From Haplodiscus bocki (taxonomy: Eukaryota): DNA of 64,000 bases. Made by a program: the position numbers and the translations under genes. Positions within the stretch are counted from its first letter, which is position 1. Each line of letters opens with the position of its first letter. This document shows, in pieces, positions 1 to 14,300 of this stretch. The DNA lies in assembly GCA_965655095.1 (NCBI GenBank), contig OZ296651.1, positions 79,546,001-79,610,000 of the forward strand, read 5' to 3'. The notes under the pieces are model-generated. The model was given only the letters and a program-made list of their open reading frames with translations. It was not told the origin of the DNA and did no database searches.

Positions 1-416
1 AAACAACTGTATACGGCATCTATTGGCATCGCACAAAATACTACAAGTTAAAATGTCCCTCAATCCTGACAACGTAGTAAAGAAAAGGTACTCAATCACG
101 ATGGCGACGCCAGCAAATGTCAAGCGAAACAAATTCTGAGTGAAATTAAAAGAAGAGCTCAATATTCAACACCAACTGTTGCGAATGCCAACGAAAGATC
201 TAAAATTTCTCACCATTAGGCATTACAACTTACAGTGCCCAAAAAGACAACCCTTTGCAAGCTGTGTCTTGAAAACGGCCTCAGCGGATCAACATTTATA
301 AGTCCATGACGTGTTTGCCGCCTTGTTTTTTGCAAGACAGCAGAGAAGAACCGAGACATTATATATATACAGAAAAATGCCCGATTTTTGTGCTCGAAGC
401 GCCAGCGTTACGGAAA

Positions 417-1220
417 ACACAGAGGTGAAGCGGAACGTCGCAACTCATTTTGATCAGCCAGAGATCAAAGAAGAAGTTTACACATCAAAGGTGAACCTTA
501 ATCAGATTCATAATTGAAACTTTTAGAAAGACTAAAGCAGATGTCTATCAAAAGTTGTTTGGAGAAGTCAAATTGAGACGAAAACCAGTCATCGTCTGTA
601 ACTAGAAAACTTGATCTGTCAATCATGTCTTTTTAGATGCACCATTATACAGCTCAATATTTGAAAGATTTCCACAGCAAAAATGTAAAAAAGTCCCGCT
701 CTCAAAATGGTTACTACTACTCAACAAGACTTCAAAACAGCTTCAAAAAATTCTTCATTACGTATCAACCATGAGGATTTGTGACTATTGAGTGAAACAT
801 CAAATAATTGTAAGCAACTTCGAAATCTGAAAGTGTCAGTTTCAAAATTTGAGATTCAGTGTCAATTTTGATGATTGATAGGAGGTAGGTCCCGACATGA
901 AAGAAGTTCTGATGTCCTATTTCTTAAAATCAACCATTTCGAGAGATCGAAATTTTTAATTTCAACGTTTCTTTTGGGACACCTAATACAATGCGCACAT
1001 GATATTTCAGTCGTGTCTTCCAAGTTTTGCTGCCTCATGTTTAAAATTTTTGACCTGTAAACAACTCAAAAAATAACATACCTGCCAAAAAGGTCCGTTT
1101 TGACAGTTTACACTAGATGACTAGACTCTGATGACATAAAAAATGCAACTTCTGGACAGGATAAAAAATATATGGGCCGGTTTCCAATACACAATCTTCC
1201 GAAGTCAGAATGTGTAGAAG
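417..1220 (+). mobile_element. Dispersed non-autonomous repeat (Helentron/HINE-like family A), inside the SF3A1 intron
   Basis: Colinear similarity to 40648-41410 (e.g. tttacacta.atgactagactct..gatgaca...atgcaa.tt.tggacag.ataaaaaa). Starts with an ACACAGAGG + hairpin terminus. Confidence 0.65.
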
Positions 1221-2099
1221 CAAGCAAAATATCCGAAGCAGTTATGAGTTCGGAGATGTGGTGACTTATCTAGCAACACCAACATTTACTACTTACGTAG
1301 ATTAGTAAATTTTGTTCGTTTCAGTTTCGTATGATTATTTCTTTCAATTCTTTATCTGATGAATAAAACTCGGTGTTTGTTTTCACTAAAAAATAACGAG
1401 ATTTTTGATTTTTCTCAAAATATTAACAGCACTGGTTGTACAGTTTCATTCTAAGACACTCTTCTATGAGTGTCGGAAGTTTGTTTGGACTAGGGGCTGA
1501 CTAAATCTCTAGCAAAATGTTGAAAGCTGTTGACAACAAATCAAAGTCCGTTCAAGTCTAAAATCCCAGTGAGATGCAAATTACTCCTGATTTTTCTTGG
1601 TGACGTTCGGAGAAAGTTTTTTCAAGCTTGGTACTTTTGGTAATTTGTCCAAAATGACCTTTAAATATCACGAAGTAGGTCAAAATTGGTTCCATTTTTC
1701 AGACAATATCAGTTTTGCATGGCTAATATTATAAAGAAGTTTCTTTAGTGCTTATTTCTGAACCAATTTTCGGCATAGCGTCAGAGATTTGAAACATTTC
1801 GATGACGCTTAGTTGATTCTTCATTTACTTTCATTGTTTTAGAACATCTTGAAAGAATTGAAAAAACTTGAACTCAAAAAATAGTCGGATTTGCGGCGGG
1901 TGAAATTTCAATCGGATGAATTGGCATCCGATTGAAAGACAAACGCTTGAAAATTTGAACAATTAAAATGACATGTAACCATAAATTCTATAGTTGCCCA
2001 GACACTAAACTTCACCAGAAACACTCAAGTTCCAAAATAGATTTCAAACCTTGCCTAATAATTTTTACAAGCACAATAATGAATGTTACATTGACAAAC

Positions 2100-2870
2100 C
2101 TTTTGCTTTTGTTTTTCAACATGTTTTCTCCACTCGGCTCGCCTTTTGACCTCTCCCACCATGGGATTCATGCTGATGGATTGCCTTTCCAGCATTTCTA
2201 CTAAGTCCTTCGGTGGTATCAACACCTTGGTATATTGTTCCACTAGCTTCGTGAAATATTGAAACATGCCGTGTTGAGGTCTAAGAAAATCGAACTGAGG
2301 ATTGCGTTGTTCTCTGTTCATCAACTGTGTTAGGAAATGACGCCCGTTTCGAGCTACAAATTGTGCTGTGAGTTTCACGATGTCGAGTTCTAGTCCCGAG
2401 ATGGACGGCGGATCAGCAGTGAACTCGTAATCAGGCGGAGCTTCTTTTGGCACCGCAGATTCTGCAGCAATTTGTTGCTTTATTTTCTCTTGCTGCGCCT
2501 GCACTGCACTAGGAAGAGTTGGTTTCTGAGGAACTGTCGGCTCTACTGCTTTGCCTTCTCTGAATTCTTTAATCTTGTGTTGATAATATGCATGGTAAGG
2601 GTCTGTCGTGTTGAAAAAGTTAAACTTAGAATTCGATATTTCATTTTGTCGAACTTTCTCTTCGAATTCAGGTCCGTTTCGGGCGACGAACATGGCAGTT
2701 TTATCAATAATGTTACGATGCTCTGGTGGGGGATAAATGATACCGACAATAGGCTTCGTTTGGTTTTCATTCTGAGGAGGATCCTGAGATTCCTGTTGGG
2801 TCGCCGCTCCAGTCTGTTGCTGGTTCTGCCCAATAATAGACTCTCTCGACGTAGCAGGGTCCAAAGTCAT
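2100..2870 (-). CDS. SF3A1: Splicing factor 3A subunit 1 (SF3a120/Prp21), first coding exon; gene continues beyond the window start
   Basis: Two SURP domains (GIIYPPPEHRNIIDKTAMFVARNGPEFE...PYHAYYQHK; DIVKLTAQFVARNG...NPQFDFLRPQH) and PRP21 region (YFTKLVEQYTKVLIPPK). Phase-0 donor AAG|GTTTGT at 2100/2099. The expected next exon (AQIDWHDF) was not seen in 1-2099. Confidence 0.95.
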
Positions 2871-3343
2871 GTCTGAAAAATACTGATCTCAGAGATCATG
2901 ATCAAAAGTGCAGCAATATTAAAACTTGAAAAATTCCCGTTTCAAAACAATTATGTTCACCTTCAAAAAAATCCGCAAACCAAAAAATCTATGAAAGTGC
3001 GCAACATCAATTTCTCATTGTTTAGTGATAAAAGGTTGAGCTCAGTTTTAATTCAGTTGAAATACACAAACTGATTCTTCTCCAAATAAACATGGAAGCG
3101 AATAAGTTTATTGCCCCTGTCCAAAAATTCATTACCAAATTATTGGTTGTTAGTTGAATAATAAAAGACTGAATGGATTAAATTGCTAATTCCAGACTGA
3201 TAATCTAGCGCATTACAAAATATACAAATCCAATTTAAAAAGCGGACATGAAGATTACATTTTAAAGCAAATTAGAATCGACTAAAAAGGCAATGAAACT
3301 CCAGGCAAGATATGCAATACTGTTAGACTCTAAGGTGAGAAGT

Positions 3344-6300
3344 TCAGACTTCAGAAGCTCTAAATTTCCGCACTGGCAAAACTGTATGAGATGTAGGTTT
3401 CACTGGAAACCAGTAGTAATCATTATTGAGTGATAACTTTGATAAATGTATTTTGCAGTATCCAAAAGGCAGTTGATCAATATGGTTCAACAATGTTGCT
3501 ATCAGGACGGAAGACCGCAGAATTTCTTTAGTCACGTTAAACTCAAAAGATCTATACCAAATTGGATTTTCTGTACGTGCAACTTCGGTAGTATGTGACT
3601 GCTCCTTAAGACCTGATGCAGCTGCAGCGAGGCGCAAAGTTACGTAAGTATTCATTTTATGATGCAGCAACAACGACAGGTGCTTAGCCTCGACTACTTC
3701 AATAACCAATCTGTTTTTTAACTGGCTGAAATGAAATCCAATGTGAATCAAAGGTGTTTTTTCGTTGTCCTCGAAATGCGAGTTATTTCTACTAACGGAA
3801 GTTTCGGACTGAAACCTTTTCAGACTTCCTGATGACTGTATTTTTGTTTCAACTGCACTGTAAGTATTTTCTAAAGTTGCCGTTCTTCGCTCCAAAGACC
3901 AAACTTTTGAGCCCAAAGAAACAGCTCCGTTGGTTGCATTTCTATCTTGCACATTCTTCCTGCCAGAATTATCACCCATAGAATTAAATTCTTGTATTTT
4001 TGTAGAAACTTTGTCTCCGCTTACCGTAGCTTGATTAAAATTAGAGTGCACGCGGTAACTTGAGGGACTTAGATAATCCTGGTGGTTTCTTCGACTCAAT
4101 GATTCAACTCGAGGAAGTACTGCAGGATTCACTTCGTCATCCTTAAGTTCGTCGGTTTTACTACAACGATCATTCGGCGTGGTTGCTGCACTCATATCAC
4201 TACTCCCCGTTGTTGAGACCCTAGCAGACCTTGAAGTGGGCAAAGGGGTGGGTTCATTGGCCACCATGAGTCTCAACACCACCTGAATTTTTAGTGTTGC
4301 GGGTTTGCGAAGATGTTTGGAGGCAGTCTGAAGAGTCAAATCCATCGCACCCTGCATTTTGTGTTTTCTCATCACGTCGACTACTTGCAGATCAACAGAA
4401 CCAATCATTTTTCGAGATTTTTCCTCATCAAGAACCTAAAATTTAAAAGATTTGAAAATGTTCCAATGGAAGAAAGAGAAAACTGTAGTATCGCTTTGTC
4501 AAACGGCATGTAAAATAGAGATATTAGTTGCTAAATTTTTGGTCACGATTCCTTTAAACGGGTAAGTTAGCATGGCGTCTTTGCAAAATTTTTTCGAAAC
4601 ATCAAGGGATTTGAAAGCTTCGTTTTACCTAATTCCGATGCTTGTCAAATATTTGACGCGAAAAATTACTTCATGTATAAATTGGCGCCTTGCAATTCCG
4701 CGCATAATCCAAGGCTTACACTCCAGCACGTTCAAAAATAGAAGTGGAAACATAACTTTCGAAATTTCATTCTGAAGACTCACCTGAAATTGAATGCGAT
4801 CAACTTTGGGGTTCGGGAGGAAGAAGTCAAACCCATAATTCCACGTAGGGCTGCAAGAATCAGCAACAAATGGGGTAACCAAAAGCTTCTCGTGCTTTTT
4901 CGGTTCTTTCCCAACCATCGAAACTTTGACAAGAGCACTGGGCTTGTCATCTATAGTTTCTGAGGTAGTTTCTTTATTATTAGGGAGATTATCGGCCGAT
5001 AAAATGACCAATTTTAAGTAGGCAGCCGACAAGTTACCTGCTCCCGGAGGCATCAACGATTGGGCTTTGAAAGCATTTCTCAGGTCATCAGCATTGTCAC
5101 TGAGGTTCAACCAGGAGACCATGAATCGTATTTTACCCTGCGAGACTTCATTCAAAGAATACCATTGGTCCATAAGCCCATTTTTAGCTTGCGTAAACTG
5201 CTTTATACTGATGACAGTTGTTCCTAACGTCTCGTCCGATGATCCCAAGTCACTGTCAAATAAATTAATTTCTATATTTTGGTTCTCAACGAACGCCACT
5301 TGACATTCATAGAACTCATTCCAAACCGGATTTAGATTGGATGAGATGGTTTTGCTTTTGAACTTCGCAGCTCCGACTTGAATTACAGCATAAGGGTCAC
5401 TTTTGCCCATAAAGTCAGATGATACAAGCTCCGTCGCTTCAATCAACCCAATGCGAAGTACTCCCTCAGGCATGGGGTACTTCAACTGTACAACATCTAC
5501 TTCGGGTTCACTGCAAATTGGGAAGACCATGCGGTTTGGTAATGTTAGTCTAGAGTCAACTTGATCACGAACAAGGTTTCTAAGAGTTTCGTTCAAAACA
5601 GGCAAGTCTAATATGTTGGCAGCATTTGTTAAGTTGAATTTCAAAGTTGGTGGCTGTTTGAAGAAAAACGTCATAGCCCCTACAAAAGGAGGCTTTGCTA
5701 ACAGTGGCGCCATCACAATTCTAAGCTTTCCACTCATTTTTAAGTCTTGAATACCAGCAGCAGGCACCCGGTTCAAAACGATTTGAATATTGCAGTCTCC
5801 AGGGTATGCCAAATCAAGGTCAATTATAATTTCTTTTGCGGCTGACCCAGTGTGTGTCAATCGGTCCACTTCGAAGCACTTCAAGCCCGATACCCTCGGA
5901 GAATTTCGACCTAAAGTGATGGACCCAAATTTGAAGCCTTTTCCCAAAATACCTGGAAGCTGCTCCTTCACTTGGTTTTCCACACTATTCCTGAGAAAGT
6001 CTTGCACATATCGATTAATGAAGGGCCAGAATTTTTTGAAAATACTATTCAACCATTCGGCCTTTTCTTCATCCGGAAAATGAACCCAACTTGGCAACTC
6101 TTGAAGTCTTCGCTCCACTTCTTTCATCTCATTTTCGGCAATAAGTTGGCGGGACTTTAAGATAATACCTTTACGATACTTCGCATGTCGAGTTATAGTG
6201 ACCCAGCTTGTTGCTAGACAGACAAATACAAAACTAGCAGGAGGCGCCCAGGATCCCAAATAACCCAAAAAGAAAGATGCAATGCAACCCAGAAATAAGA

Positions 6301-6385
6301 AATGGAAGTCTCCGGCATAGGTGCGGGCAAATTTGAAGACCTTCGAAGGTAACTCGATCAGTTTTACACCAAATGAGTTATCCAT
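3344..6385 (-). CDS. ESYT2: Extended synaptotagmin (TM hairpin, SMP, three C2 domains), join(4784..6385, 3344..4435), about 897 aa
   Basis: LPSWVHFPDEEKAEWLN (SMP start), C2A GVLRIGLIEA...GKSDPYA...NLNPVWNE, C2B, C-terminal C2 (ENPIWYRSFEF). Intron 4436..4783 has donor CAG|GTGAGT and acceptor TTTTAG|GTT, phase 0, joining the two ORFs in frame. Paralogue number is nominal. Confidence 0.93.
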
Positions 6386-6899
6386 GGATGATTAGGGTCT
6401 GCCACGCTTATTGATCTGTTCGTATAGATATGCAGAAATTTACCGAAAGGGTCCAAAATCTTTATGTACAGTTACAGTTGATGTTTCAAGTAACTCCTCA
6501 AATTGATACATTATAAGGCACACAGATTGGATATGTGGCAGAAACAATCCCAATTTCCGAAGACTGGTTTAAAAAACGAGCATCTGAAAGATATTGAAAC
6601 ACTATTTACACAAGCAGAAACAAGCCGAAAAATTAGAAAAGTTGGAGCTTTAGATAATGTTCAAACGCTTCTCAGGGAGACCTTTCAGTGTTTGGAAGTC
6701 TTTTTTCCACAAAAACCTTAATTTATCAAGGTATCACGAATTTTTGCCAAAAGTATACCGCAAAAATAGATGCAAAAATCTTTTGCATACGATCCAGTTA
6801 ACTTTTTACTCGACAATTGATGGCTTGCCAAAAAACTTTAAACTAATGTTTGATATCGAATCGAGCAAATTTTTTGAAACTGACAAACCGATTCCAGTC

Positions 6900-8020
6900 G
6901 AACAATACTATGAAACAAAGTAGCTCAAGTCAAAAAAGGATATTAGTTAAATTAACCTAGACATATTAGGCTACAGAGAAAACCTCAGCCGCATATGCTT
7001 CTGGAAAAATGCTATGTCCGTCATTTATAGAAATAGGTTCATTTCTCAAAAAAAATTCAAACCTTGCTACATTTAAATCAATCTGCACAGAATAGCCTTT
7101 CGATGAGGCCCTAGATCGAAAGAATACAATGCCTGGTTGAAGAGAAGACCCAAGAGGAAGACCGGCAAAACTCGACATCTTGTGCCTTTACAGTGCTGGC
7201 ATCATCAGTTTGAGAAAATGAAAAACCTCTGAAACAGAATCCAATTGAATCAATTTACATTTGGAGAAAGACCTTTCGATTCTGCCTTGGATGACAGAGG
7301 TTGAAAGGAAACCATAGTTTAAGAGAATCATGTAGAAAAAGTCATAGTATAAAATTCAGAAAATCTCAAAAATTGCTCCGTTTAAGTTAAACTTACATAT
7401 AAAAGCTGTTGATTCAGCCATGAATGAAAAGAAATGGATGGGTAGTTTAAGAGAAAACGTATTTTGAAAAATTGACTAAAATAAGCATCATATGCATATG
7501 TGACAACGTTTTTACCCTTATTTTTGGAAAATGGGGCCTGATCTAAAAAAAGTGCTCCACTCAAATAAATCTACATGTAATAGGTTTTCGATTGAGCCTA
7601 ATATGAGGGGAATTTACTGACTTGTTTCAGAGAAAAAGCATTTGGAAATTTGACTATTATCGGCATCATATCTATACGTAGTAATGCTTGAACCATAATT
7701 TTTGGAAAATAGAGCATAATCTCGAAAAAGTTCGTTTTGAATCAATTTAAATACAAGTTTTCGATTAAGCTTTAGCTGAAAGGAATTGGGTTCTCAGTTT
7801 GAAAAAAAAACATGAAAGGGACAAAAATCAGCATTATGGGCGGCTTCCATCACTTTTAGGCCATCATAACTGGATTAAACGAACAAAACGCAAAAATCGG
7901 CTCGAATTCAACTCTTCTACATATTGCTAGCTTTCAGGAAGACCTTGGCTGAATAAAAATAATGAAAACTTTTGGGGAAAACGGTTTTCTTAAATGAGGA
8001 TGTTTAAGAAAACAGAGGTA
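6900..8020 (+). repeat. Highly degenerate tandem array, unit about 135-180 bp
   Basis: Recurring motif aa(a)tcaat.tacat...tttcgatt.agcc.t.g.tgaa near 7065, 7238, 7373, 7553, 7728 and 7895; resembles the units at 22950-25200. Boundaries approximate. Confidence 0.5.
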
Positions 8021-11000
8021 GAAAAAAAGCTATACGAAATCCAATACGTCACGAAAAAATTTTCCTCGTTCGTAAAATTCTCCGGGGACCACTCGTGTTC
8101 GTTTTATAGGTGTGAATACGTTCCTTTTATAGGTGTGAAGACGCGGCTGTGGTGTTAGTAAAAATCGACAACTTTTTGAACTCAAACTTTCGCAGAGCTG
8201 GACAGATTCTAGTTAATTACAACAATCTGTCACAGCGTAATGTAGAATATACCCATCTGCCACGAATGATCGAGCGATTCCAAAAATGAGACAATTCTCA
8301 AAAAAAGTATTTGCAAAGGTTTAACAAAAGTTTGAGGTACTTGAGTTCTCAAAAACTTCGGTCAATGCAAAATGGTTATAATGAAAAGCTAATGTTCGGG
8401 GTATCGAATATTGCCGAAATTTCAACACGCAGCTCGTCGCTCTGTAACTGTTTTGTCTAACTCACTGAACCAATAATTTCAGCTAGCTTTTTGTGACTTA
8501 GCTTAAATAAAGGCATTTAGGATGCTATGCATTAAGCACTAGCAATCTAAAAGCGAAAAAATGTGGAATTAGCGAATTCATTACACCAATTTGAGCGAAA
8601 AATAATATCGCTCAATTCCATTATTCATAAATTGGGTAAATTCAATAATTCCCACTGCTTCGAATATTCGAAGCGTCGCAAATTTGGGAGCGTTTTGAAA
8701 TTTGGAAATATTTGAGACTTCCAGAATCAATAATTCTTCGCCGCAATGAATGGTCCCCATTTTGAAAATAGGCTACAGGCGAACTCGAATTTCGAAGCAG
8801 AAGAAATAAAAACTACACTTTGATGTTTCCAGAAAAAATAAGGTTGCTCTAAAACGTGCCAAAATTCGAGAAATTTAGCAGAAACATTCATCAGTATCGT
8901 TTTCCCCGAAAAACGCGAAGCCACTCACTTTTGGTCAACTGTAAAGAAATAAAAAACTTCGTTTTTGAGACAAACATACTACATTAGACAAAAGTGCGTC
9001 TTCATCAATTCCGTATTCTAGTAGCAAAAAACTAATCAAGATACCGAAAGTGAAAAAAACTCCGGATTAGCCGAGAAATCCCGAGTTACGAATCACTTTG
9101 AAGCAAAAAACACCGGTTCTAGTTGAATATTTCAAAACTCAGACAAAATTCGCACTATTTATACTGTTGTATTAATCCAAGATAGATCTGTAGCTAAAAG
9201 TTGAAGTGGAAGGCAAAAAAAACCTGTGAATATTAGGCGCTTTTTCGGCTGATTTTAAAGGCTGTAACAGTACCATTTTGGACAAAAGATGCAAAGGACA
9301 GAAAGTTTCCAAATTCATCCATTTCTATCGAATTGGGCTCGATATAACGTTGATTTGCAAGGCCATCACATGCGATTTCGATGCAAATAACTTTTTTTCA
9401 CAAATGTACATCGTTTTTCTTTTAAGCTTGACTAAAGAAGTTCTTTAGCAATGACTATCATTGCACTTGTAGCTAAAGAACGGAATTGGATAGCAAAAGC
9501 CAAAATTCCGCAGAAGCCAGTTAGCTTTCTTTCGCTCAAAACCAACGGAAAACCTCAATAGCAATTCTGCTGTACTTTTGCTAAAATTGTGATTCTGTGA
9601 CGCATTACTTTTGAACAATCGCTAGTCGCTAGAAGATTGATTTGGAAGGGAAAAGTTAGCAAGTTCTGGAAAAATCACAATATTCGCTACTCTTATCTTG
9701 CTTTAAACTACTAAACGAGCCACTTTTCGACAACATTGTGAAAACCTATTTAAAATCTAACCATTCGTATTGTTTGCACAGTATGTCTTCGAAGAAGATT
9801 ATCAAGAAGGCAAACCGGCGAGAACTAGAAAAAAAATCGAAAAAAAACAGCAATTACGTCCACTCAAAATTACCAAGTTAGAAGGAACTTACGAAACAAG
9901 TCTGGCTGTTTAAAAACTGCTTTCGAGACTAGTTATTAAATTTGCATCCCACAATTGGTCACACGTGGTAACTGTAATTACACCGCAATCACCCGTAGCG
10001 AGAGTACAAGGAAAGGAGGCAAAACAGAAATGTGCGATTAAGTTATGTCTGGTCTGGAAAAAAGTTCAACGTCGCACCTTTAACATCCTTCACCGTCATT
10101 TCCGGTAAAAAAGGAAAAAGACAATAGGATCCGAAGTAAATTGACAAACTTGATAAAATTTGAATCAGTTACATGTACTTGTTTCCTGTTTTTAAAATGC
10201 ACTGGAAATCGTAGAGCAAATAGCAAAGAATAGACTACAGTACTGATTTTAATAGAGTGAACTCCTTGGTAAACATTACAGTTGTCAAAGTCTAAAATTT
10301 CAAAAACCAAGAGGTTTAGAAAAAAGTAGTGGGATCAAAAAGTTCTCAGTTTTGATGAAACCACGAAGTTTTAATTTGATGAAAATAAGACGAACATTCA
10401 AAGAGTTCGAGACACCTTTTTCAGGCAATTTTCACAATTTGTTCACTTTTTCAACGGCTAAATCAGACTCCTTCTGAGTGCCACGAAGGCATGGTATTAG
10501 ATGTTTTGTGAAATATTAGGTAGGTCGATTTCAATTCGAGTCGTCTACTAAAACAAATTCCATGGTTGAGGATAAAAAAGCTCAAAATTTAAACCCAGAT
10601 TTCTTCACAATTTAACAGTTCACTAATGCTAAATAAATCCTAATAATTTCTTCACTTTGTTTATTTGAACATTACAGAAAAACTGAGCATATATATAATA
10701 AGGAGCTATGAAGAGGGAACAACTCGATAATTGCAAGCTTCATGTTTTGAACTAAAAATTAGCCAGGGGAGTGTGATCCATGGAACGAAGAAACAGACTG
10801 TTCGCTATCAGCTGTCTTCTACAAAATTGGTAACATTAAATCAACCAAATTTCCATACATGACACCTCGCTTCTTGGCGTAAAATTTTCAACAGATTATT
10901 TGACAGAAAATCAAAAATCAATTTTTTTAGGTGAGATTCAAAGCCAATTCATTGCATCTGAAAAACTTTCTGAATTTTTGTTGGCTATGAAATTCTGAAG

Positions 11001-13143
11001 AAAACTATTTTCGAACAAAATCAGGTTAGTCATAAGAATGGTCCATTTTCAAAACAAAGAACGGTATAAAATCTTGTGAAAAATCGAAGAAACTTTTGCT
11101 ATTGTTGTTTTCTGGTAAAACTGTCGTGCTTTGAGAAAATGTCCTTCAAACTTGCTTAATCTTTGTTCAATTTACTCACTGAAAATCAGTACTGTAGCTT
11201 GGGGATACAAATGGGTAAATAGAAACTAATAAAAGTGAAGAAGGTTTGTGCTTTCCACTATCGCTCAGCTGTCCAGTCACTCCGCCGTTTGCAAAGAAAA
11301 AAGATCTTTTCTGTTAACTCCCCCATACCATAATGAATATGCGAAATAATAAGCGGCATAAAGGCTGAACTCATGCGCGAGTGAATTTCAGCCAATCAAA
11401 GAAGAGTTCGGTTCCTCGAGGGAGGGAGGCATGGGGGTGGTTGAAGTGGAATCTAAACAAAACTTTGACCCCTATTTCAATTAAGTCCGGCACTTTATAT
11501 TAAATTGTAGGGTGATTTCAGCAGATAGCATATTCTTATACCTGTGACTTGCAGTGAACTAAGAAAATCGCGGCTTCTTGATGCCATTGACATAACTACT
11601 TAATAGTACATGATAAGTAACATAACAACTACATAACAGTATTGGAAGAGAAAACATCAATAACTGTTTTAGAGACGAACTATCATTTTTCCAACTCCGC
11701 CTTTCATGGCCCTAGCTTTGCTAAGCGAAGTTAATTTGGAAAGAACAGAATATTATCGAGAACTTCTAAATTCATGTTTGCATTTTGAACTCAGTGGAGC
11801 CAAAAATTCAAGTTGGAGGCAGTTAGAATATTGATGCGATGCAGTCAGAATATTGATGCTATGCAGTCAGAACAAAACCGCTAAAAAGTGTGATAAAAAT
11901 AAAGGCATCAAAACAAATCTCGAATTGGACTATCACCAAAACTATCTGGATTTTCGAGAACTCTCCTGGAAGTATCTTAGAATTTTATCTAGTTTACAAT
12001 CATTTTCATTTGAGATTTCTGCGACCAATTTTGTGAAAGTTTCGAGTCGCCATTTTTGGACAATTTTGCCTCAAACTGGAAATTTTTCCAATTATTTGAC
12101 ACAAGGGCAAAACTGGGCTTCGCAGACACTTGTGAAAAACAGAAATTACAAAAACAAATTTGGATTCCAACTCAATCTCTTTCGCAGTTGTCAATACATT
12201 CCACTCAATTCATCTGAGCTACTCCAAAGAAAACAGGCAGCAACCGGTTAAATCGGCGCTGGATAGAGCCAATACGACTACTGGCCACCGACAAAAACAG
12301 TTTTGAAGATGAACGAATTCCAAAAAAGTTTTAGACTTTTCAATTACAACACAAAACTTTTCGCACCAAAAAATAATATATTGCCCTACCAGCTACACGA
12401 CAGACACTCCAGGCCGCGTGAAGTTGAACTGACGATCGATGGCACCAATCCGACCACTAGCCATTGAACAAAAAAAAAACAATTTTATCCAACAACGAAT
12501 CTATGAGCATCTTCGATTTTGCTTAGTTTCAGATTAAGATGTTTCAGAATCAAATTTAAAAACAGCAAACTAAGCTACTCTACAGAAACTCTAGGACAAC
12601 AGTGGATCACTTACCGCGGGATGGAGCCTTTGCGATCACTAGTAAGTGAGAAAAAATTCCAAAATAAAGAAATCGGAAAAAACGTTTACAACAAAATAAT
12701 TTTACAAAGTCAAAACATTTCACGAGAAAAAGCACAACCCACAAACGCCAGAAATGCGTCTCAACATAAACTCGGGGAAGAAGTAGCTGATCCAGCCAAA
12801 GACAGACGCAAATTTACCACCAGTTAAAAAAATGTTTCACGAGAAAAGCCAGCCAAATCACAAAAAAAAAATAAAAAAGACGAAAGTAACGAGAGTTCAG
12901 GCTTATCGCATTGAAATTCATCAACGCCGACCACAAACAGTTTGGAGTGTCTCATGAACTGAATCAAAAAGAATAAAATTGAACTAAAGTCTCCGCACAG
13001 CACTACGGAGATCAGCTAAAACCACGGCAAGAACGATATTTGCGCTGCAACACTGCTGGAATAAGAACAATTAGCAAAAATGTACGGTCGGATAAAAGCG
13101 GCGTCCTATCCCGATTCCAAGAGACTAGTTTGCTTCAAGTGTA

Positions 13144-14300
13144 ACACAAAGGCAAAGCTTTGCTTCTCAAATACTCGCGACACACAAAAGAGCTCCTGCT
13201 GACAGTTATTCAAAAATCTGCGAGGTAATGGTTAAACGTAAACTGTCGACAGCCGCCAAAAAGATATTCAAAGTGCTAGTTATTCGAGAACTAACAAGAT
13301 ACATCTAGTAATTGATCAAACTTTCCGTTATTGGTTGATAGACGTAGTATAAACGACATCTGATCAATAGCGACCGAAGTATTGACGGATAGCGCACCAT
13401 ATCCTAGGAAAAATATTAAGGAATAAAGGCGCAAGGAAAAACTGTTACAATTTATACAGTACGTAGCAAGATATTTGATAGAAAAACAACAATGAACAGA
13501 CCAATTATGGCAATCTCAATAACCCCAAAGTACTAAAAATCAAACAAAGGTTAGCCGCATGCAATGAACACAAACGGTGGTATATGTTTGTATTTGGCGG
13601 AGTGGTAAAAGTCGGGACTCGCAATTGAAAGGTTGCGCGTTCCATCCATTCATTATCCAATGTCTTTGCTATTCCAGTTACTTCGTTTGCAGCAGGCTAT
13701 TAGCTATTATAACTCCTAAGAGCTAAGAGTCATGAGTGGCTCAAAAAACGCGACGCCTCAAGATTAACAGATCTACCTCAGTTCATGAAATCGGGACTTG
13801 CCAGAGACAACAAAAACACTTCTGACAAAATACCGAAGTAAGAACTCATTAGATGTGCCTATTACAAGGTTAAACATTTTGCCAAAAAAATATGGGCCAG
13901 ACCATCCATGCCTCTCTATTGATACTCCGGGCAGCGACTAGTCTATTTACTCTTCATTTGACAACCTCCGGAAAATAGTCTGGAAGAAAAAGACAATCGA
14001 CGAACGACAAGTAAAAATCTTTTCGATTATTCAAACACCATTCAAGACAGTTCGCTGTAAAGATTGAAAAAAACCAGCCCAGCTTATTGCCAAAGGTCCC
14101 GGTATATAGTTGAGTCAACACTGGATGGACCGACTTCGACCAGTAGTCATGAAGAAAAAAACCAACAAACGCCAAGAAAAAACATCTTCGAGTTTTGAAG
14201 AGGCAAGTTGCGGTATTTTGCGATGAAAGTTGACAATACACGATTCCCGTTCTTTTCAGACTTCTGGGACCGCGTAGTTGAATCAGCACTGGGTGGACCC
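13144..14300 (+). mobile_element. Dispersed repeat (HINE-like family B)
   Basis: Shares the terminus acaca...gcttc.caaatactcgcgacac and the internal block tagttgagt.aaca...tcgaccagtagtca with 38744-39500. Confidence 0.55.
13595..13650 (+). other. tRNA-derived SINE head or tRNA pseudogene fragment
   Basis: A-box TGGCGGAGTGG and degenerate B-box GTTCCATCC at tRNA-like spacing; no acceptor stem. Confidence 0.45.

Noticed and set aside
2472-2876. Plus-strand 134-aa ORF (likewise 5067-5303, 5790-6083, 29558-29899, 42004-42273)
   Set aside because: Antisense shadows of real minus-strand exons.
9950-11560. Promoter-like motifs (CACGTG near 9962, CCAAT and G-rich tract near 11390-11440) upstream of ESYT
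   Set aside because: Short motifs are expected by chance; no TSS evidence from sequence alone.
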